From the NCBI GenBank assembly GCA_015680685.1, contig MNCI01000556.1, forward strand, positions 1,641,634 to 1,705,633: a stretch of 64,000 bases of DNA. The letters run 5' to 3'. This document shows positions 53,479 through 64,000 of this stretch, piece by piece. The DNA comes from Gnetum montanum. Its lineage: Eukaryota > Plantae > Gnetophyta. A model generated the notes under the pieces. That model ran no database searches. It saw only the letters and a list, made by a program, of their open reading frames with translations, and was not told the DNA's origin. Each line of letters opens with the position of its first letter. The stretch's first letter is position 1. Position numbers and translations under genes: made by a program.

Positions 53479-54480
53479 AACCTCTGAAACCAATGTCTCT
53501 CCATCATATTTTTCAAACGATTAGCCTTTGTGAAAATAGATGATAATAAAACATGTTACATGATTGTGCGGTTTACGTGATGGGACAATTCAAGAAAGTG
53601 TACATGTATCAATTTATGGAAATTGAACTTTTAAATTATTTCCACATGAGAACATAGAGATTTTGGATAGAAAAAAACGGTTGCAAATTTTCATGATGAA
53701 TAATTCAGCGGTTTCTTGGTCGGTTGCTTATCCTATTGGCTTATTCCCGTTGCAATTCTGATATTTGAGATCTAGGTTTTAACACCTACTAAACGCATAG
53801 AAGACGTATAAATTGAGGCCAACTACATTAACAATTAATGTTTCCTCCCCAATCACAAACGTGAATAATAGTATAATACTATTTTTACATGTAGTAGATG
53901 GGGTCACAGTAAAAATAGCTGCCCCCAAGATGGAACTCCTTGCACATAATAATAAAGAAGAAAGTTGCATGTGCTATGCCACTTGCCAGATGGAACTTCT
54001 CCTCACTATCTGAGAACAAAGATGACCATGACTGCAAAAACACAAAACGTGGTACATACAGCTTCCATTGACTTCCAATTTCAATTTGTTTTACATTCCT
54101 TAGTAGTTCGTGCAGATTAATAAACAAAGCATCCTAAAAAAGCATGCGAATCAGGATCCGAGAGAGAACACCATTTCATTTTAAAATCGTCTCTTCTTCC
54201 GACTGCTTTATTAAAGAAGCCGTGGCCGCTGAATTCATTTGATCAACTTGCCTTCCTGCAAATCTGCGTTATTGCAAATAGATTTGCATTTTACGGCACA
54301 CGGTTCTGCCGGCAATAACAAACGCACCCACGATGGTTTAGGCTGCTGTACAGAAAATTCAGGACTGTGATCACGATCATGCACTGTCAAAAACTTTATA
54401 TAAATCAACGCTCTCTATGCATGATTGGAGTACCGTTACGATAAGCAAGAGCGGCAATCGTTACTTACCAACCATAATTT
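53479..54480 (+). pseudogene. Partial duplicate of the JAZ upstream region and first coding exon
   Basis: Colinear with 56170-56990. Acceptor CTGCAG->CTGCCG, donor GTAAGC lost, ATG GTT TAT->ATG GTT TAG; downstream exons absent. Confidence 0.85.
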
Positions 54481-55361
54481 ATTTTTAATCCAAATTAACA
54501 TACCCAAGATAAGTATGAAGTCAATGATGATGATGATTATTATGCAAATAATAAAGCATGCTTGTGTTAGGTTTTCCATATTTAAACCAACCTTGAACCT
54601 ATAGAAGAGACCTTAGGAGGGCTCTTATTGTATTGCCGCAGTACCTTCACATCTAGTATTATAAGCATGAAGATGGTAAGAGATTTACATAAGATTATAC
54701 TCATTATAGTGAGTAAGGATTGTGTTATAAGCTTCAAGTTTCCCTATAGGAACTTTACCCAAGATTGTAGTAAGTAATGGTTCTACTATCAGCCTTGAGT
54801 TTCTTTGCCTTAAGGGAAAAAAGAACAAAAACAAAAGGCATGCTAGCTTTTAGTTAGAAATGTTATTTGATTGTAGAAAAAGTTGGAATATCTTGTTTTT
54901 GCTCCTTGTAGAAAGATAAAGGTAAATCCCTTTTTGCCAAGGAAAGTTTATTGCTTGCTGCATCACCATAAATCCTGGTGTATGTTGTCTTTTATATTTT
55001 ATCATGTACATCATTTTTTGTTATTGTTATTCCACTTTCAGCATCTAGCAATTTTCAATTCTCAATTTCACTACTGACCTTGCTAAACCCAACAAAAATT
55101 AGATGCATTGAAAATCTATTTGACATTTACCCTATAAATAATTCAGGAAGTCAAAACCCAATTTTACAGAGCATGAAATGATAACAGGGCTGCAAAGATT
55201 GAGACATCTTCATAGTTTATTAGTACAGATTCTTAACATAAGAAATCATAGGTTTTTTAGAGTTATACTTCTCTCTTTCACAGGTTTTACACCCGTAAAG
55301 GGTCTAATCAGCAAGAGTGTGCGAAGGCTTGGTCCACGTCCTCTGTGATGATGCACAATTT

Positions 55362-56624
55362 CACGTGAACCAAGTCAAAGAAAAGAAAAATTCGAAATTT
55401 GATTGTCATATTTGTCAGATTTTCCTTGAATAATACAGGCCGTGGCAGATTTTACCCATATCCCTTAAATTTTTCAGCCAAGAAAGGTTGATTTCTGGTA
55501 ATTGCACGTGCGGAAGCCTAAAACACACGGTTTGCCATATTCTGTGATATATTACAATGCAGTATTGAAGTCCATTCAAAATTCGATAGGACATTTAATC
55601 TAATAAATTTTCATTGAATTTTTAAGTTTGTGATATTTTTTATTATTAATGCAGATGCTAACAGAAAACCAAAATTTCTATATTTAATTTTTCATTCTAA
55701 CTGAGCTCTCTGATGAAAAAATTACAAAATGTAGCTACCAATATGGGTGGATATAACTGCTGTATTTTGCTAATATTGATGATCCTATTTTTACACCAAT
55801 TTATTCAGATTTTTCCAATCCATTTTATAAAAAGGGCTACTGATTTGTCAATCCTATTGGATTTTTCGATAAAATGGAGAATAATAAAGGACAAAAACGT
55901 GGATAATCACGTCTCATGTTGTATGTATAATTCAATGTTTGGATCCATGAACCTGGTCATGAACATTCTTTTTATAGTGACAATGACGTGCAATGTACAG
56001 GTCACATGGCCCCTCTGCAGGTTGCAGGTTTAAATATCACAAATATAACCGTAAATCTGTCAGACAGAAAGGGAACGACTAAAAACAAATTTACTTATCT
56101 TAGAATTAAGATGCATTTTATTATGATATTTAATAATTTCCTGTTAATACCTTTAAATTGCCCTGTTTTCAACCTCTAAATCCAAGATCTCTAGATCATA
56201 TTTCTTAAACTGTTAGCCTTTGTGAGAACAGATAAGAATAAAATTTGGGTTACCTGATTGTGCAGTTTCAGTCATGAACACTTAATGTTTTTTTCGCAAT
56301 CACAAACATTAATAATGGTATAATACTATTTGAGCATGTGAGAAAAGGGTTTATAGGAAAAATAGCTGATCCCAAGATTGAACTTCTTACACGTAATAAT
56401 AAACAAGAAGGAAGTTGCATGTGCTATGCCACTTGCCAAATGCGAATTCTCCTTTCACTTTCCGTAAACCGAGACAGAGATGACCATGACTGCAAAACAC
56501 AAAACGTGGTACGTACCGTTTCCTTTGACATCAAATTTCAATTTGTTTTACTTTGCTTGGTAGTTCGTGCCGATTGGTAAGCATCTAAAAAAGAAAAAGA
56601 CATAAAGAAAAAAAGAAAAACGTG
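55362..56624 (+). promoter_or_regulatory. Cluster of G-box / T/G-box (MYC-type bHLH) sites upstream of JAZ
   Basis: CACGTG at 55362 and 55505; AACGTG at 55896, 56503 and 56619; TGACGTG near 55984. JAZ genes are known MYC targets through such boxes. Confidence 0.5.
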
Positions 56625-56822
56625 AGAAGAATCAGGATCCGTGAGCGGACCCAATTTGATTTTGAAATCGTCTTTTCTGCCGACTGCTTTATTATACAAG
56701 CCGGCTGCCGCGGAATGCATTTCATCGAGGCCTGCTACAAAAACTGCGTTATTGGCTTATTGTTAATAGATTTGCATTTTACAGAGTATATGATTCTGCA
56801 GGCAATCAGCAACGCACCCACG

Positions 56823-58013
56823 ATGGTTTATGGTGCTGCACAGAGAATTCAAGACCGTGATCAGGATGATATGATGCTAAAAGCCGTTCATAAATCAACG
56901 CTTTCTGCTCATGATCAGAGTAGCCGTAAGATAAGCAAGCGCGGCAACTGCACTGCTTGCAGGTACCCAAACTTAATCTGCATCAGTATCTTAAACTTGT
57001 CCTAATAAAATGAGGTCTTCTTTCATTAAAATATATTGTATATCTACAATTTCTTTTTATCATCTTTAGTTCATTTTCTATTTTTATGAGTTTTCAACGT
57101 GTGGCAACCCATTTTTCTAGTTTTTTTGTTAAGTACTTTCTGGATTATTAGCAGTTTTTTGATAAGCACTTTATTATATCTTCTAAAACTCAATTGAAAT
57201 TTTATTAGACCCTCTGAATTTATTAGAAGTTTTTTATAAGCACTTTATTACATCCTCTAAAGCCGAAAATGAAATTTTATTAAGGGTGAAGACTGTCTGG
57301 ACGGTCTAAATATAGATACTATGAGTTTTAAAAATATCAAGAAAATTATATCGTGTAACACCCAAATCTTGATTTTCATCCTTTCTGAATGATATTCTTT
57401 CATCTTTCTGCTTTATTCTTTTGCGCTGTTATTCATTTTTATTGTATTTGACATATAACATGTTTTACAGAAGATATGAACAAAAGCAGTTTACCATGTT
57501 GTATGGCGGCAAAGTCTACATATATAACGTTATGCCCCAGCAGGTATTAAATCCATTCACGTCTTCTTCTGTTATAATGTTATCCTTACTGAATTCCATA
57601 ATCCAAAGATTCCAAAAATTCACGGTCAATGCTTTTGACTTGACGGTATGTTTGCAGGTGCATCTTGTATTGTCCGCTGTAGCAGGCCCAGTCAAAAACC
57701 ATTTGCATGGAGGTCACTGTTCTACTTCCGCCTCCTACCCTGATGAACAATTCCGACCATGCCATGGTGAGTTTTCATTGCCTGCATCGGCCATTCCATC
57801 TCTATTATTTTGTTAAAACCAATTCAGGTAGAATTCATGTAGAATTTGTCTTTAAGATTTGCTAATTTTGCTCATGAATTTTGTACAGTTGCTGTGCAGT
57901 CTGCCTGGAGAAATTCTTTGCGACGGTTTCTGGAGCAAAGGAGACAGCGTTCACTATGCCAGAGCAAAAAACTGGAATCCTTCCTTTCGATTGACTTATC
58001 TTTATCCTTGTAG
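56823..58013 (+). CDS. JAZ: TIFY-family JAZ-type repressor (~148 aa): TIFY/ZIM domain, divergent Jas motif, C-terminal EAR motif
   Basis: Exons 56823-56962, 57471-57543, 57658-57766 and 57889-58013 joined by GT-AG introns give an open 447-nt frame. QFTMLYGGKVYIYNVMPQQ|VHLVLSAVA (TIFY, phase-0 intron where JAZ genes usually have one), AWRNSLRRFLEQRRQR (Jas core), IDLSLSL-stop (EAR). AATAAA at 58101. True start may lie further upstream. Confidence 0.88.
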
Positions 58014-59865
58014 CTAGGGTAAAAATAAGATACCCTCCAAGAATGAAGAATATAAGTTTATAATTTAAGTTTTTAAGTTCTTACAACACCTTGTACATGG
58101 AATAAAAGGTTGTGCATGACCGTACAGACTATGTAGTCGAGCACCTTTAACATATCGTTTGAAGTGGAAAATATGCATCATTATGTAACTGGACTGTAAT
58201 TGGGATCATGCAATCAAAACTCAAAGTTTCCGTCTGTAATTTGACTATTAAGTCTGTTTTACATAATACCGTAACTCTTGCAATAATCACATGGTTTTCA
58301 CTATCATTTTAAAAAAATGGTAAATCAATGGTAAATCATCGTCATCGTAGCCTTGTTACAATAAAATTGCTAATTTATATGCATTCTTTTTCACCATTCC
58401 CCTCTTAGATCTTTGTTTATTTGCAGTTTCTTGAAATCATTTTTGATCATTTTTTTTGTCTCTTTGGTCTTACTTTTGGTGGCTTTCAGTAAATAGTGAT
58501 GCAATGTTTAAGGTTTCCACTTGAAATTTCTCCCGGTGGTTTCTTATCTACATCCATCCTTGCAAAATAAGGACAATGTTGCATGTAGTTTCTACAGGAT
58601 GCCCTGGCAAGTCTTTGCCCATTTTACATAGTAACTAAGCCCTTTGATTGCTGCACATTGCATCTGCATAATGCTCTAGCATTTGCAAAATCTGAAAAAA
58701 TAAAAAAATAAAAAAAATTCATCCATAGGAGTTAGCAAGATTATATAGCTGGCTGTCAAACATGAAAACTACTCAAAGGTATCTAGGTTAGGATGGGCAT
58801 TTCACATAGGTTTTTGAAAAACCATAAATGGTTAATAAAAAATAGGTGGGTAAGGAGTGTTTTGTGGTTAGAAATGCTAACCTTTACATCATCATCTGTT
58901 TCAATCTTTCTAATGTCATTTCATGATTTTTAATATTCTTTTGCATTTCACAAGCCCCTTTTTTTCACCTTTAGATATGTCATGTCAAATGTATATCATA
59001 TTTCACTTATTACACAAATTAGAGTAAAATATTCATTTTGTTTGAATGAAATAGGAAGAAAGACCATAGTTTTCTTTGAGTATTCATTAACAAATAAAGT
59101 GGTAGTAGCTACTAAAATAAATATGAAGGGTATACAAATCAACATTCTTTCAAGATCAAAGAAATTTCAAATTAGATATTTCATCTATTTACAGGTAAAT
59201 TTTATCTTAAGTTTTTTAATGTTAGAAAGTATTCTAAGTTGGTTCCCTATTTCTTGGATCTTTTGAGGTTCCTGGAAAAGTATTCTAGGTGTTTTGGGAA
59301 TGTGGTATGTCAAAATGGATAACTTTAAATATTAAATTCATAGAACTATCATACTCAGAACATGGACAAGTTTGTTAAGAAATTCTAGCAATTGTTTTAT
59401 CTCTAGCAAGCCTTAGAAATCCAATCGTTTGTACTTTGATACTTTCAATAAGTGTAAATCAAGCTGAAACAAGGAAGAGACTACAACTTGAATTATGTTT
59501 CACACACCCTTTGATCTGGTAAATCAAGCTTAAATGAGGAAGATGTGATAATGTTAAGACCACATATGCATTCACTTATATAGTGGGCATAATATCCTGT
59601 TTTGGGTAAAAGTTAAATTAAGGAGTTATAATCCATAATTATGCATGGCCAAAGTAAGTGTGAATGGTTACATAGTCTTTTGTCATATTACATATTTTGG
59701 CTTTTGTTATTTTTAGCCAACATGCCAAAAATAATTTGCCAACATGGAAACTATTATAAAGTGAAGGTGTCTTATATTTAAAACTAATAACACACCTCAT
59801 AATTCTTCTACTTGTTTATTTCAAGACATTACATCTAAAAACAATCTTTATATTTCACAATTTAC

Positions 59866-61101
59866 TAGTCCAAGTTCTTTTCTGCACTAGTTGAACTTAT
59901 CCACAAGAGTTTCCTTGGTTAACATATTTGTTGGATTTTTTGATGCAAGAATCTTAACTAGAGAAATCCTTCCTTTTTAGTTTGATATTAAATGAAATGG
60001 TGGTTTATCTTAATGTATTTTTTCCTTATGTGAAACCTAAGATTCTTTTACAAAAGATTGTACTTTTGTTCTCACAAGAGATGTTTACTTTCTTTTGCTC
60101 TTACACAAAGTCTTTGACCAATTGTTATCCCCAAATGACTTTCTTACTCTACCTCTATTATCGATAATACAATACAATTTTTTCTCTTGTTGATCTAGCT
60201 AACCATAGTTATTTATTTTAAAACATATCCAATTGTTGATTTTAAATGATCTAGATCACCTCCTTAATCTACATCCACAAAGCTATGCAATCCAAAGGAA
60301 ATTTTTCATAATAGATGGAAAAATTAATAGTACCTTAAACATACTTAAGAATTATTTAATAACCATTCAAGGTTCTGTATGAGGATTAGACATAAATATG
60401 CTTACAACTCCTACTACATATGCAATATTAGGCCTAGTAAAGACTACTACATACATGAGGCTCACTATAGTATTAGCATAAGGGATTTTGTATAGCTTCT
60501 CCATTTCTTCATCTATTTTAGGGCATTGCTCCATAGATAATTTCATGATTACCCACAATGGAGTATTTACTAGTTTAAAATCCTACATATTAAATTATTC
60601 TAAAATTTTATTAATATATATATAGATTGACCAAGGCATAGCTTCAAACATTTTCTATCTCTTTTAATTTTCATGTCCAAGATTTTCCTTGTGATACTAA
60701 GGTCTTTCATCTTAAACTTAGATGACAATTGACATTTCAGGTTAGTGATTTCTTACATATTGTTTCTTGCCATCAATATATCATCAACATAGAATAGAAA
60801 TATCAAGAAAGTTTATGAATCTTTTTTTAGATGAATACATAAAACCAAATCTTATTATGCAAGAATCAAATTTCTTGTACCACATCCTAGGCGATTATTT
60901 CAACATGTATAAAAATTTTAGCAAGTGAAATACCATGTTCTCCTTTCCCTCTATGACATAGCCTTTAGGCTATTGCATGTAGATTTCTTCATCAAGATCT
61001 CTATGGAGAAATGCACTCTTAGTATCCATATGTTCAAGTTTAATATCTAAAGCAACCACAAAACATGTTAGAGATCTTATGAATGTTAACTTTACCACTA
61101 G
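59866..61101 (-). pseudogene. Ty1/copia RT-RNase H fragment, interrupted by element C
   Basis: EHMDTKSAFLHRDLDEEIYM, LFYVDDIL (~60780), IPYANTIVSLMY...TRPNIAYVVGVVS, NPTNMLTK. Confidence 0.88.
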
Positions 61102-64000
61102 TGATGAGTGATGAGGTACCCCTATGCTCAACCATATGAATACGAGCATGTACGTGTGATCTAGTTGAACTCCGCAAACAGACTAGTTGTGGGACCTATA
61201 TAGTTATATGTTGATCGCAGTTCACTATCTTCCCACTTGGACTAGTATTTTCTTTGTCATGTATGGTTTAGTTCAGAGTGAGGTATATGATATAATTTCT
61301 AACACTATGCTACTTCTAAAGACAATGAAAAATAATCTTGATTAAACTAATAAGAAATATGAAGTAAGATCTAAACTAGCCTAAGTGCGATGAGCATTTG
61401 TCCTTAATCATCCGTATGCATCTTGGACCTTATGTACTACTTATGGGGTTACCAAGCGCACATTACTTGAGCACTACTAGATACACTACTGGGTTATCAC
61501 ATAGTTACACTTAAATGTTCATGATTAAGACATACTCATTCCTCATTAACAATAGGAATAGTAAATGATAATAAATAAATATTAACTAAGAAAATAATAA
61601 ATAATGATTAATAATTAAAAAATTAAGAACTAAGTGAATGCTGCAATGATAGAGTAATCTCGATCTCTATTGTTGGTTGTGTGCGTGTCCAAGTACGTCA
61701 CACTTGAATAAAGGTTTTGTACAATTACAAGCATCACACTATGGGCATGCACTTGGGAAAAGAATTGAAAATTAACAAAAAGACTCTCAACTTCTAATGA
61801 CTAACTAATGACTTATCAAAAGACCTCCTTCCTGTGTGCTTGAGTGTTATATTTATAGGTTAACAGAGGAATCACGATATTGTGTATACGATATCATTAC
61901 CTAGGTGGTGATATCGCATACCTGATATCGTATATTCGATATTGGGACCTAGAAAACCATTATTCATCATACCCCCATGACTAAATAAAAACTTATCCTT
62001 GAGTCAAACAAAATGATAAATAAGTTCATTTTATTACATAGTGGATAGGTATGGGATCATGCACTAATTATGGATTATTTCATGCCATAGTGTGGAATTA
62101 AATAAAAAAAATTAGCACACTGACATAGAATACAAAAGACAAAATTATTGGAACTCATGTAGTTCCTGGTGGCAGTGGCTCCTCCATGGGCTTCTTCCCC
62201 TTATCTTCTACTTCAAGCTTTGGAAATGGATAACTCTGAAGGAGCGCTTGAAGCTTTTCTCCATTGGTTCGGGGATTGTGTGCCATCCATGTTGATGTTC
62301 CAATATTTGATAGAGTAGGCACCTCTCATGGACATGGAAGTTGCAAAAAGATCTAATTGGCTTTGATGTACCAAGCCACAAACAACTATTGTTCCTCCTC
62401 ATAGGCTCTAGCTTTATCTCTACATTCTTAATAGTCCATGAGCTATCAAGCCAAATCCACCACAACATCTTTCTGACCTTGGTAGCTAACTTTGACCACC
62501 TCTAACTCAGAATTTGCTACCGCTAATTTCTACAATGTCTTTTTATGTTTAAAAAATTCTATTTCATATTTTTCATAGGTGGTAGATACCTACTTTTTAA
62601 CTTTATCCTTAGGCATCCTTCTGTTAACATGGCTAAGTTGGCATACTAAAGGTTTGCCAACTCCATGTATTTAGTTAGATCATGAATCTGTAGGTCCCAA
62701 CTCTTTACTTTTGCTTAGTGGGAAAAGGCATAAGTGTTCAGTATGGCCCACTATTCAATGTTTTGAGCACTAAAAGCATTGATATGGGTATTATCCATAT
62801 GGATCTCCTTTTCAATGATCTTTTTGTATGTCCCCACCTAGTCTTGAAAATGTTCCTTCAATTTTTCATGTCTCTTAGCTTTATTCTAGCACATGCTTAT
62901 TTCAATGGCCATCTTCTGATGGATGACACATATCTCCTCTATTGAGAGGGTCCTATTTTCTTTGGCTAAGTAATTCATGTCCTAGATGATCCATATTAGT
63001 TGTTCTCACATTTGTTGAAAATTTATCTCAAGAATATTTTTTTGTTTTTCAATGATTGTCAATTGAAAATTCTCGATAGCAAGGAGGTTATTTTCTTCTT
63101 GTAAGGCCTTGACTGTTTTTGCATGTGCATACGTTTGGGCCTGTGCTTTTGAAGCATCCCAATCAACCTTCTCTTTTTCCATTACCACCCTTTTATTCTC
63201 CTCTAACAATTTTTTCAAGTGCTCCATCTGAAATAACTCTAGCTAGTTAGCTAGGATAAGTCATGATGGATCCTATTGTGGGGCTTGTAGGGCAACGAAC
63301 TTATCTTGGAGTCTTCTCAACTCATCTTCTCTTGTAGGGATAAGACTTGACCATTGCTTGCTTCTATGAGATATGCTGATGGCATAATAGGGACATTAAA
63401 TAATTCTTTCATGTGATCTGTAATCACTGATATTGCTCTAGCTACATCCTAGTGTTGCATGATCACTGTTGTGATGCCTTCACTAGTTTTTAATTGCATT
63501 TAAAAGGATGCAGTGTTTCTAGATTTTTTTTATGACCAATGTGATTTACCTTCTTTTATTTGTATGGGAACCTCACCCTATGCATGATTAATTGAGATCA
63601 TGGGTTGTATAGCATTGTCAATTACCTTCAAGAGGTTAGCCTCATCACAACTTTCCCAACTGACCATTTTTACGATGGCCCTGAGATGGCTCACTAGTGG
63701 TTGATAATCTTGTGATGGCAATGGTGGTTGGTCCTGTTGGGCACTACTTCTAGTTGTTAGTTGGGCCTCATGTCTGAAAGTTGGCTAGGTCTTTCTATTT
63801 AAGGTGTAGTGGGCCTAGCCTTCTACTCTTGCATAGGATTTGGTGTTTCACCAGCATCTTTCCTTGGTGCTTTTGGCTTTAGTAATTCAACATATGGGGC
63901 ATTTTAAGCTTTCTTAGGGATTTCATTAATGTACCCTAGAATTCTAGCATGCCAACATAGCTTTCTGAGTAGACAGAAAAAGGGCAATGCAAACTTCCCT
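61102..64000 (-). mobile_element. Athila-type element C: 3' LTR (61102-61969), PPT and 3' part of the extra ORF; continues beyond the window
   Basis: LTR homologous to element B LTRs, PPT at 61970-61985. ORF ends EEPLPPGTT* at 62155 and is colinear with ~27243-29230. Confidence 0.9.

Noticed and set aside
54565-54791. Possible short solo LTR/TRIM (TG...CA)
   Set aside because: No matching TSD, PBS, PPT or second copy in the window.
57421-57816. Unspliced 131-aa ORF as the gene product, or a ZML/GATA or PPD-type TIFY
   Set aside because: The ORF reads through introns; the spliced model adds a Jas exon and stops with no GATA finger, and no PPD domain was seen.

Overview
Land-plant nuclear DNA, AT-rich and heavily C->T/G->A decayed; the species cannot be determined from sequence alone. 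About 90% is nested, decayed retrotransposon sequence. It contains a gag-only Sirevirus-type Copia (~690-4254, minus); a full-length Athila-type Ty3 (5861-19049, TSD GGTAG); a pol-less Athila-type element retaining gag and the extra ORF (26257-34860, minus); two further partial Athila-type copies; a chromovirus-type Ty3 family (several LTRs, one gag-pol copy with a 5S-rRNA-like promoter block in its leader); solo LTRs; and LINE, SINE and Copia pol remnants. The one host gene sits in a CpG-retaining island: a spliced TIFY/JAZ gene (56823-58013, ~148 aa) with a non-canonical Jas degron and a C-terminal EAR motif, preceded by a pseudogenised partial duplicate. The most notable pattern is that three elements from two superfamilies each carry a family-specific CpG palindrome array plus TATA box both in the LTR and again in front of the extra ORF. 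This suggests an auto-regulatory or anti-silencing module (inference). All alignments and translations were done by eye.
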